Source of the DNA: an uncultured Coriobacteriaceae bacterium
GTDB taxonomy: Bacteria; Actinomycetota; Coriobacteriia; Coriobacteriales; UMGS124
Direction: 5' to 3'
Assembly (NCBI GenBank): GCA_964619775.1
Contig: CAZUFB010000004.1
Coordinates: forward strand, 2,225-53,253
DNA length: 51,029 bases
This document shows, one piece after another, positions 41,046 to 48,837 of the stretch; position 1 is the stretch's first letter, and the number at the start of each line of letters is the position of its first letter. A program made the position numbers and the translations under genes. A model generated the notes under the pieces. It was not told the origin of the DNA, ran no database searches, and saw only the letters and a program-made list of their open reading frames with translations.

Positions 41046-41612
41046 ATGCCGAAAGTTGCGGTCCTCGTGGCGGACGGGTTCGAGACGGCCGAGGCGCTCA
41101 CGACCGTCGACGTGCTGCGCCGCGCAGGCGTCAGGACCCGCCTCGTCTCGGCGATGGGAACCACCCACGTCATCACCGCCCAGCAGGTCCAGGTCGCGGC
41201 CGACGAGACGCTCGACGACTTCGACCCGCAGGACACCGTGTGCTACGTAGTGCCCGGCGGCACCCCCGGCGTGCGCCGCCTCGCCGCCCACCCGCGCGTG
41301 CGCGCGCTGCTGGCCGAGGCGATGGCCGACCCCAAGGTCACCGTGGGGGCCATCTGCGCCGGGCCGGCGCTGCTCTGCGAGCTCGGCCTGCTCGACGGCC
41401 GGCGCGCCACGGCGTTTCCCGGCTGCGAAGCGGGCTTCCCCGCCGGGACGTTCGTCGACGAGCCGGTGGTGGTCGACGGCGACCTGGTGACCGGCCGCTC
41501 GATGAGCTGCGCGCTGCCGTTCGCCCTGGCACTCGTCGAGCGCATCGCCGGGGCCGACGCGGTGCGCAAGGTGCGCGCCGGCATCGGCGAGGACGCAGGG
41601 GCCGGGCGATGA
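41046..41612 (+). CDS. DJ-1/PfpI-family protein
   Basis: MPKVAVLVADGFETAEAL.. and the nucleophile-elbow ..GAICAGPALL.. Confidence 0.85.
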   Translation: MPKVAVLVADGFETAEALTTVDVLRRAGVRTRLVSAMGTTHVITAQQVQVAADETLDDFDPQDTVCYVVPGGTPGVRRLAAHPRVRALLAEAMADPKVTVGAICAGPALLCELGLLDGRRATAFPGCEAGFPAGTFVDEPVVVDGDLVTGRSMSCALPFALALVERIAGADAVRKVRAGIGEDAGAGR

Positions 41613-42181
41613 TCCTCGCCTCCCAGTCGCCCCGCCGCTCGCAACTCCTCGCCGAGGCGGGCTTCGCCTTTACCTGCGTCCCTGCGGACATCGACGAACG
41701 GGCGGTGCCGTTTGCGGACGCCGAGAGCCTGGTGCGTTCCCTGGCGCGCGCCAAGGCCGGCGCCGTGGCGGCCCAGGCGGCCCCGTGCGAGGCGGTGGTG
41801 GGGTCGGACACCGCAGTGGTGCTCGGCGGCGACGTCCTCGGCAAACCGGCCGACGCCGACGAAGCCCGCGCGACGCTGCGGCGCCTGTCGGGGCGCACCC
41901 ACGAGGTTGTGACCGGCGTGAGCGTGTGGCGCGACGGGCGCGAGGAGATCAACTTTGCCGAGACCGCGCGCGTGGAGTTCTGGGAGCTGCTCGACAGCGA
42001 GATCGACGCCTACGTCGCCACGGGCGAACCGCTCGACAAGGCGGGCGCCTACGGCATCCAAGGCCGCGGCCGCACGCTCGTCAAAGGCATCGAAGGCGAC
42101 TTCTACGCCGTCGTGGGACTGCCCGTCTCCCGCCTCGTACGCGAGCTGCGGGCCCTGGGCATCGAGCCAGACCGGCCGTAA
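41609..42181 (+). CDS. maf: Maf-like nucleoside-triphosphate pyrophosphatase
   Basis: MILASQSPRRSQLL.., ..GSDTAVVL.. and ..DKAGAYGIQG.. The start overlaps the upstream stop as ATGA. Confidence 0.9.
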   Translation: MILASQSPRRSQLLAEAGFAFTCVPADIDERAVPFADAESLVRSLARAKAGAVAAQAAPCEAVVGSDTAVVLGGDVLGKPADADEARATLRRLSGRTHEVVTGVSVWRDGREEINFAETARVEFWELLDSEIDAYVATGEPLDKAGAYGIQGRGRTLVKGIEGDFYAVVGLPVSRLVRELRALGIEPDRP

Positions 42182-42196
42182 GCCCCGTCGGCCGGG

Positions 42197-43285
42197 TTAG
42201 TTGAACTTGACGAGCTTGCGCGCCACGCGGTAAAGCGCCGCGGTGACCCTGCGCCCCACCCTGCCCGGAAGGTTGGCGCTGATACCGAGGAAGTGGTACC
42301 GGGCGCGCGCGTACATACGCGGGTCGAACTCTTTGAGGTGAGCCCACAGCTCGTCGACCTTGGCGTCGGACCCCGGCTCCTGCGACATGTGGCCGAACAG
42401 GCTCGAAATCGCCATCATAAGCGTGAGGTAGCCGAGCATGTAGGCGCGCAGGCGGGGACTCGCGACGTCGTCGTAGAGATGGTAGGCGTCCACCATGATG
42501 CGCGTGATACGCAGCTGCTGCTCGTAGCGCGAGACCATGACCTGCTCGTTGACGCTCTGGTCGGAGCGGCCGATGTAGTAGCGGTAGAGGTCGACGTCGC
42601 GGTAGAACAGCACCTTGCAGCGGGGCAGCGGCACATAGGCGTAGATGTTGTCGACGTAGAACGTGTGGCGCGGCAGCGGGACGCCCTCGGCTCGCAGCAC
42701 GTCGGTGCGGTAGAGCAGGGAGTGCATGAGCAGGTTCTGGTCCATGCGAAAGCGGCCGATTTCGTCCCACGAGAACGGCCTTCCCTCGGGCAGCACGCCG
42801 CGGTAGCCCACCGCGTTGCTCGTGCCGTCCTCCACGTGCTCGTACACGTAGTTGGTGATGAAGAGGTCGACGACGGTGCCCTCGGCCAGCAGGCGGCGCA
42901 TGTCGGCAAGCAGGGCCTGCATCGCGTCGCGGTCGACCCAGTCGTCGGAATCCACGACCTTGTAGTAGCGGCCCCGCGCATGCTCGAGACCGGTCAGCAC
43001 CGCTGCGCCGTGCCCGCCGTTCTCCTGGTGCACCGCGCGCACCGTGCCCGGCAGGCGGGCCGCCCATGCGTCCGCCTTGGCAGCCGTGTCATCCTTGCAG
43101 GAACCGTCGTCCACCACGACGACCTCGAAGTCGGTCGCGGGCGCACAGGCGTCCAGGATACTCTGAATGCAGGCGTCCATGTAGCCTGCCGAGTTGTAGC
43201 ACGGGATGGCAAAGGTGACGAGCATCTCGGACGCAGCTGTCCCCGCAACCTGCGGAGTGCTCGGGACGGCGGGCTCAACGGTCAT
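42197..43285 (-). CDS. family-2 glycosyltransferase (candidate galactofuranosyltransferase, by adjacency to glf)
   Basis: ..FAIPCYNSAGYMDACIQSIL.. and ..VVVVDDGS.. GT-A motifs. ATG at 43285 follows GGGAGA. Confidence 0.8.
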   Translation of the reverse strand: MTVEPAVPSTPQVAGTAASEMLVTFAIPCYNSAGYMDACIQSILDACAPATDFEVVVVDDGSCKDDTAAKADAWAARLPGTVRAVHQENGGHGAAVLTGLEHARGRYYKVVDSDDWVDRDAMQALLADMRRLLAEGTVVDLFITNYVYEHVEDGTSNAVGYRGVLPEGRPFSWDEIGRFRMDQNLLMHSLLYRTDVLRAEGVPLPRHTFYVDNIYAYVPLPRCKVLFYRDVDLYRYYIGRSDQSVNEQVMVSRYEQQLRITRIMVDAYHLYDDVASPRLRAYMLGYLTLMMAISSLFGHMSQEPGSDAKVDELWAHLKEFDPRMYARARYHFLGISANLPGRVGRRVTAALYRVARKLVKFN

Positions 43286-43360
43286 GGGGCGTCTCCCTGA
43301 CATGGGACCGGCCCGCCGAAACGGCAGGCCGGCATCGGGACGGGCGGCTGGAGAAGGAGA

Positions 43361-44557
43361 TCAGCGGGTCTGCGCGATGGCGTCCGCAAGGTCCAGGGCG
43401 CTTGCGACCGCCGCGTCCATGTCGTAGTAGCGGTACTCGGCAAGGCGGCCTACCGCATGGAAGTTGGCGATGCTGCTCACGCGCTCGAAGTAGCGCTGGT
43501 AGAGCTCGCGGTTGGCCTGGTCGAGAATGGCATAGTAGGGCGTCTGGCCGCTGCCGGGCACATAGGGCCGCGGGTACTCGCGCAGAATCGTGGTGACGCC
43601 GGGCAGATCCTGGCCCGTCATGTGCTTGAACTCGGTGATGCGCGTAAAGTCCTCGCTCGTGGTGTAGTTCACCGTGGCGACCGGCTGAAACCGGTCCTGC
43701 CGCAGCGTCTCGAAGCGCAGGTCGAGCGTGCGGTAGGGCAGGGCACCCAGATCGAGGCCGAACAGCTCGTCGAGCGGCCCGGTGTAGACGACCTCGCCGC
43801 CGTAGCGGGCCCCGCCGACCAGGATGCCGCCGTCGACGACCCGCAGCACGTCGCGCGCGTCGACGTCGAGGAACACGTCGATGAGGTCGTGGTCGAGCAT
43901 GCGGGCGAACATGTCGGTGTAGCCCTTGTCCGGCATGCCCTGATAGGGCGACTGGAAGTAGCGGTCGTCGTCGCCGATGAGCACCGGCACGCGCCCCGTG
44001 ATCGAAGGGTCGACCTGGTCGGGCGTCTGGCCCCACTGCTTGAGCGTATAGTGGAGGAAGACGTTCTCGTAGACGTAGTCGGCCACCTCGTCGAGCTCGG
44101 GGTCGTTCTGGGCACGCAGGTCGAGAATCGGCACCTTGCGGTTCTCGCCGAACACCGAGACGAGCTTGCCGTACAGCGCCTCGCCGTGCTCGTCGCCGAA
44201 CGCCATTTTGAGCGAGGTGCGGTTGAACGGCACCGGCATGAGTTCGCCGTGGATGTTGGCCAGGACGCGGTGCCGGTAGCCGGTGAAGTCGGTGAAGCGC
44301 GACAGGAAGTCATAGACGTGCGCGTCGTAGGTGTGAAAGATGTGCGGGCCGTAGAGATGGATGAGGACGCCCGCCTCGTCGAGGCAGTCGTAGGCGTTGC
44401 CCGCGATATGGCCGCGCCGTTCGAGGATGCAGGCTTTCATACCCGTGCGCTCGGCGAGATCGCGCGCGACGACCGAACCCGCGTAACCGGCGCCGACCAC
44501 AACCATGTCGTAGCGGTTGGCATTGAAACCGGACGGGAGACCGTGTGCGATAGACAT
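43361..44557 (-). CDS. glf: UDP-galactopyranose mutase
   Basis: YDMVVVGAGYAGSVVA..L (FAD GxGxxG) and ..YNTKQWG-like LKQWGQ.. ATG at 44557 follows AAGGAG. The 115 aa upstream in the track ORF are an artefact. Confidence 0.9.
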   Translation of the reverse strand: MSIAHGLPSGFNANRYDMVVVGAGYAGSVVARDLAERTGMKACILERRGHIAGNAYDCLDEAGVLIHLYGPHIFHTYDAHVYDFLSRFTDFTGYRHRVLANIHGELMPVPFNRTSLKMAFGDEHGEALYGKLVSVFGENRKVPILDLRAQNDPELDEVADYVYENVFLHYTLKQWGQTPDQVDPSITGRVPVLIGDDDRYFQSPYQGMPDKGYTDMFARMLDHDLIDVFLDVDARDVLRVVDGGILVGGARYGGEVVYTGPLDELFGLDLGALPYRTLDLRFETLRQDRFQPVATVNYTTSEDFTRITEFKHMTGQDLPGVTTILREYPRPYVPGSGQTPYYAILDQANRELYQRYFERVSSIANFHAVGRLAEYRYYDMDAAVASALDLADAIAQTR

Positions 44558-44768
44558 AGAACGCTCCTTGGAGAGCCAATGGAAACGATGCCGCACGAGG
44601 CCCCGCGCACCGTTCGCACCCGCAGCGGGACGCGTCCGGCGCATGCGCGCCCAACGTCGGCTTCCGAGCATACTATCATGGTGGGACGCGCCCGGGCCGC
44701 TCGATGCGGCTCGTCCGCGTAAGCACCGTAAGCCGACCGCAAACCGTGAAAAAGTTGGAGGAGGGCCT

Positions 44769-45761
44769 GTGAGCCAGTTCATCGACAGCCTAATCGTGTC
44801 GGCCAAAGCCGACGTGCAGCGTATCGTCCTGCCCGAAGGGCACGACCCTCGCGTGGCCGAGGCGGCGCGCACCGTCGCCGCCGAGGGCATTGCGCGCGTC
44901 ACCGTGCTCGGCGACCCCTGCGCCCTCGAGATCCCCGGGGCTGCGGTGGTCGACCACCGCAGCTCCCCCGAGCGCGACCGCTACGCCCGCGAGCTGGTGG
45001 AGCTGCGCAAGAAAAAGGGCCTTACGCTCGACGAGGCCTACCGCCTGCTCGACGACGAGCTGTACTTCGGCGTCATGATGGTCAAGATGGGCGACGCCGA
45101 CGGCATGACCGCGGGCGCCTGCCATGCGACCGGCGACGTGCTGCGCCCCGCCCTGCAGATTCTCAAGTGCGCACCGGGCGTGTCGCTCGTCTCGTCGTTC
45201 TTCGAGATCTCGATCCCCCGCTGCCCCTACGGCGAGAACGGCACGTTCTTCTTCGCCGACTGCGGCCTTAACACCTATCCCAACGCCGACGAGCTCGCGC
45301 AGATCGCCGTGCAGACCGCCCGCAGCTGGCGCGCGTTCATGGGGACCGACCCCCACGTTGCCATGCTGTCGTATTCGACGATGGGCAGCGCAGACGACGA
45401 GCACACCCGCCTCGTGCGCGAGGCGACCGCCAAGGCCCGCGCGCTTGACCCCACGCTCGACCTCGACGGCGAGCTGCAGTTCGACGCCGCCGTGGTGCCG
45501 AGCGTGAGCGCGAGCAAGGCGCCGGGGTCGCCGGTGGCCGGCAACGCCAACATCCTGGTGTTCCCCAACCTCGACGCCGGCAACATCGGCTACAAGATCG
45601 CCCAGCGCCTCGGCAACGGCGAGGCGATCGGCCCCGTGCTGCAAGGCCTGGCCGCCCCGGTGAACGACCTGTCGCGCGGCTGCACCGCGGCCGACGTGGT
45701 GGGCGTCGTGGCGCTTACGGCCGTGCAGGCGCAGCGCATGAAGAGCGCGCGGGCCGAGTAG
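44769..45761 (+). CDS. pta: phosphate acetyltransferase (short, PTA-domain-only form)
   Basis: ..RIVLPEGHDPRV.., ..DGMTAGA.. and ..GPVLQGLAAPVNDLSRG.. GTG start follows GGAGGAGGG. Confidence 0.9.
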   Translation: MSQFIDSLIVSAKADVQRIVLPEGHDPRVAEAARTVAAEGIARVTVLGDPCALEIPGAAVVDHRSSPERDRYARELVELRKKKGLTLDEAYRLLDDELYFGVMMVKMGDADGMTAGACHATGDVLRPALQILKCAPGVSLVSSFFEISIPRCPYGENGTFFFADCGLNTYPNADELAQIAVQTARSWRAFMGTDPHVAMLSYSTMGSADDEHTRLVREATAKARALDPTLDLDGELQFDAAVVPSVSASKAPGSPVAGNANILVFPNLDAGNIGYKIAQRLGNGEAIGPVLQGLAAPVNDLSRGCTAADVVGVVALTAVQAQRMKSARAE

Positions 45762-45794
45762 CCGGCGGCGCACTTCCCTCTAGCGCGCGCATCC

Positions 45795-45890
45795 GGCCCG
45801 CCGGACCCTCCCGACGCTCAAACGGTCCTCGCCGCCGATCGACAGCTGCGAAACCGCGTCTAAAAGGGTCCGGCGGGCCTTGTTTGCTTG
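45795..45890 (+). terminator. long structured element plus U-rich tail downstream of pta
   Basis: Perfect 15-bp outer stem GGCCCGCCGGACCCT / AGGGTCCGGCGGGCC (45795-45809 / 45865-45879). It encloses 55 nt with an inner GACGC/GCGTC pair and is followed by TTGTTTGCTTG. Confidence 0.5.
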
Positions 45891-46046
45891 CGGCACGGGT
45901 GCCGAAGGCAAGGGTTCTCGATCGCGAACGACGGGGAAGGGCAGAGGGAGGGTGAGGGGCCGCGCGGGGAGGGAAAAGGAACGCAAGGGACGCCGGGTGC
46001 GGGCAGCCGTCTGCGACGGCGGCGTGCGGCATCCCGCCCGCGCGCC

Positions 46047-47015
46047 CTACTCGTCCTCGAGCAGGGCGCGGACGTCCTTGAGCACCTGGGCGATATCGCC
46101 CTTGACGGCCATGCCCTTGTCCTCGATCTGCCGGGGCAGGAACGCGTAGGCGTCGTTCACACCGATGTAGAAGGCGTGCGGCAGGCTGTAGGTCAGGCGC
46201 CAGAACGGCTCCTGGATGAACATCGGGGTCATGCGCCCCACGCCGAGCTCGACGAGCAGCAGGTTTCGGTCCGCGTTGTGCTCGATATAGCGCGACGCCT
46301 TCCCGTACTCCTCCCGGTACCTGCTTCCCTGGAGGAAGTTGCCGTAGCCGCGCACCCAGGGAAACGCCTCGGCGCCGCAGCGGGGGCAGCGCGGGACAAG
46401 GCTTTCGGGGATGCTCGTCCCCTCGCCCATGGCCTCGACCATCTCCTGCACGGACTCGACGGCGTCCCAGGTGTCGTCGCAGCAGCAGCGCGAGCACTGG
46501 AAGAACCGGTGGTCGCCCTGGATGGCGGCGACCTTGTCCGCAGGGTAGAGCTTCGAGAACTGCGTGTCCTGATTGGTGGTGAGGGCGAAGAAGTCCTTGC
46601 CCTCAAGGATGGCGTCGAGGTCGCGGTAGGGCTCGCGGACCGGGGCGTTCAGCGTGGTGTCGAGGAACGTCGCGAGAAACGCCCACTTCTCCCCAATCGT
46701 GTCCCACTTGCGGAAGCTTCCGTCGAAGGCGCCCTTGATGCCGTACCTGTCGGCGAACTTGCCGAAGTGCCTGCGGAAGGACGGCGTGTCCCCGTAGTAG
46801 AAGTCGCCGCCCCCGGCCGCCGAGAGGCCCGAAGCGCCGCCTATAAGGACGCAGTCCGCCTCGCGGACCGCCTGCGCAAACCGGGCTATCTGCCCGTCAT
46901 AGGGCAGCGGCTCCTTGCGCGAGAGCTCGTAGGGAGTCCCGCCCGCCGCGTAGGTGCCGTAGTGGCGCTCGTAGCTCATCTGGCTCTGTGTGACGAGATC
47001 GTCGTAGATGCCCAT
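46047..47015 (-). CDS. sirtuin (SIR2)-like NAD-binding protein, motif-complete paralogue
   Basis: The five sirtuin blocks are recognisable: IGGASGLSAAGGGDF, ALTTNQDTQF, IQGDHRFFQCSRCC, VPRCPRCG, LLLVELGVG. 322 aa. Confidence 0.65.
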   Translation of the reverse strand: MGIYDDLVTQSQMSYERHYGTYAAGGTPYELSRKEPLPYDGQIARFAQAVREADCVLIGGASGLSAAGGGDFYYGDTPSFRRHFGKFADRYGIKGAFDGSFRKWDTIGEKWAFLATFLDTTLNAPVREPYRDLDAILEGKDFFALTTNQDTQFSKLYPADKVAAIQGDHRFFQCSRCCCDDTWDAVESVQEMVEAMGEGTSIPESLVPRCPRCGAEAFPWVRGYGNFLQGSRYREEYGKASRYIEHNADRNLLLVELGVGRMTPMFIQEPFWRLTYSLPHAFYIGVNDAYAFLPRQIEDKGMAVKGDIAQVLKDVRALLEDE

Positions 47016-47200
47016 AGCCTGCCTTCCGTTTCATTCGTTCCCTGCGTTTCCGCCGGTGTCCTCGGAAAACACCTCGTCGCGCACCCACGGCGCCCGCTTC
47101 GTCGATCAGCCGCACAGCACGGTCGACCGCGCCCAGCAGGGCAGAACCCGAAGGTCCCTCGACGCCGAGGTGCTGCGCGTACGACCCCCCAGCGCGCCTC

Positions 47201-48052
47201 TCAAGGGCGCACCTCCCGCGCCAGCGCGACCAGGGATTGCGCCAGGTCGCCCACGACCGCCACGGCGCGCTCCCCCATGCCGGCGGGCAGAGCGGCCTCC
47301 TCGCGGTTGAAGGCCGCATAGCGGGCGCGGGGCGCCGCGGCGGCGTACTCCATGACCGGGAGCTTGACCGCCCGGTTGCGCTGGCCGACGCCTAGCTCGA
47401 GGACGAGCACGCAGGCGTCGCAGAATCGCTCGAGGAACGCCCGAAACCGGTCGGACTGCGCCCGGTAGCGGGCCGTGGCGGCCAGGGCGCCGGTGTCGTC
47501 CGCGGCGACGTCGAGCAGGGCGCCGCAGCGCGGGCAGCGGGGCAGCAGGGCGTCCGGCACCGGCCCGCGGCGCGCCGGCCCGAGCATCGGCTCGACAAAG
47601 GGCAACGCGTCGAAGTCCTCGTCCGAGCAGCCCGCCGTGCAGCGCAGGCGCGCGTAGCTCCCCTCGGTCTCGAACAAGGATGCGGGGTCGAAACCGGCCC
47701 GCTCAAACCGCCCGTTGCAGTTGCAGGTCACCGCGAACCGCGGCTTGCCTGCGGTGAGCGCGTCGAGCGCACGCATGACAGGCGACGGCCGGTAGCTGCG
47801 ATATCCGTAGTCGACGGCGCGGGCGAGGAACGCCCACCGCTCGCCGGAGCTCCCCCAGCGCGCCGCGAGTCCCTGCAGGATGCAGGACAGGCCGTGGCTG
47901 CGGTTGAGATCGCCGAACGCGCCCATGAACGCCCCGTCGCACGCAAACTGGTTGTAGCCGTCTGCGATGTCGAACCCGTTGCCCGCCGCGACGACCACCG
48001 CGTCGGCCTCGCGCAGCATCCGAGCCGCGCGGTCGAGGGACCGTCCGTCCAT
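47201..48052 (-). CDS. sirtuin (SIR2)-like paralogue with degenerate active-site motifs
   Basis: Collinear with the 46047 gene: VVVAAGNGFDIADG, AVTCNCNGRF, TEGSYARLRCTAGC, LPRCPRCG, VLVLELGVG. The His of the HG/DH box is Tyr. ATG at 48052 follows GGAGGGGAGGG. Confidence 0.6.
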   Translation of the reverse strand: MDGRSLDRAARMLREADAVVVAAGNGFDIADGYNQFACDGAFMGAFGDLNRSHGLSCILQGLAARWGSSGERWAFLARAVDYGYRSYRPSPVMRALDALTAGKPRFAVTCNCNGRFERAGFDPASLFETEGSYARLRCTAGCSDEDFDALPFVEPMLGPARRGPVPDALLPRCPRCGALLDVAADDTGALAATARYRAQSDRFRAFLERFCDACVLVLELGVGQRNRAVKLPVMEYAAAAPRARYAAFNREEAALPAGMGERAVAVVGDLAQSLVALAREVRP

Positions 48053-48117
48053 GCCGCCCTCCCCTCCTCCCTGCACCATATGCCCAGAACACCGTCGAAG
48101 CCTCCGGGCGTATGGCA

Positions 48118-48144
48118 TTGCTGTTGTTTTCTTAACGACAGCAA
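48118..48144. promoter_or_regulatory. candidate operator: 11-bp inverted repeat in the divergent sirtuin-like / Rrf2 promoter region
   Basis: TTGCTGTTGTT-ttctt-AACGACAGCAA (one mismatch). A related half-site pair GCTGTT-N11-AACAGC at 48175-48197 overlaps a TATACT -10-like hexamer (48180-48185). Confidence 0.35.
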
Positions 48145-48254
48145 ATACTAGCAGGGTGTCCGATGGTGCGCAAGGCTGTTATACTTTCTCCAACAGCAGC
48201 AAACCATCCCGCGTCGTGCGCCCGTGTGCGACGAAAGCGACGGAGGCGACATCG

Positions 48255-48695
48255 GTGCCCTATTCGACCAAACTGAGCGACGCCCTGCACATCCTGGTGT
48301 ACATCGAGACCGGGAAGGGCGGCGACCTCTCGAGCGACGCCATCGCCCGCAGCCTGCAGGCCAATCCGGCCTCGGTGCGGCAGCTGATGGGCAAGATTCG
48401 CAAAGCCGGGCTGCTGACGAGCGTCACCGGCCATGCGATGCCGAGCCTGGCGCGCAGCCCCTGCGACATCTCGATGCTCGACGTCTACCGGGCGGTCGAG
48501 GGCGACAGGCCCCTGCTGCACCTCGACACGCACATCAACCCCGCCTGCGGCGTGGGCGTCAACGTGCAGGTCGTCATCGGGGAGCGCTTCGGCGACGTGC
48601 AGCAGGCGGCCGAGCGGGCCATGGCCGAGATCTCGCTCGCCGAAATCGTCGCGCAGTTCCGCGCGCGCGTGGAGGGAGGTGCGCGGGCCAAGTAG
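48255..48695 (+). CDS. Rrf2-family transcriptional regulator
   Basis: ..KLSDALHILVYIE....LSSDAIARSLQANPASVRQLMGKIRKAGLL.. winged-HTH. It lacks the three-Cys cluster-ligand pattern of IscR/NsrR. GTG start lies 8 nt after GGAGG. Confidence 0.8.
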   Translation: MPYSTKLSDALHILVYIETGKGGDLSSDAIARSLQANPASVRQLMGKIRKAGLLTSVTGHAMPSLARSPCDISMLDVYRAVEGDRPLLHLDTHINPACGVGVNVQVVIGERFGDVQQAAERAMAEISLAEIVAQFRARVEGGARAK

Positions 48696-48837
48696 CCGGC
48701 GAAGTCCCGCTCGCCGCGCGCGCAGCCTGCCGGACACGCACAGGCGTCGTTGCGCGGCCGCCGCAGGCGGTTGAGGCCGTTAGGCGCTGCCGAGAGGCCC
48801 GGGGCCTCCAGACGAGGCCGACGCGCGGGGTGGAACC

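Noticed and set aside
45780-46149. Small ORFs of 68 aa (minus strand) and 89 aa (plus strand) in the pta / sirtuin-like spacer.
   Set aside because: They have no Shine-Dalgarno, give low-complexity Arg/Pro/Gly translations, and overlap the long hairpin and the G-tract region. They are more likely non-coding.
46047-48052. The SIR2-like pair as an anti-phage defence system (Thoeris ThsA, DSR, SIR2-HerA, SIR2-pAgo type).
   Set aside because: No TIR, SLOG, HerA, Argonaute or large sensor partner is nearby. The proteins are small, and composition looks native by eye. There are no mobile-element hallmarks. A metabolic or regulatory role next to pta/ackA is more parsimonious, though not proven.
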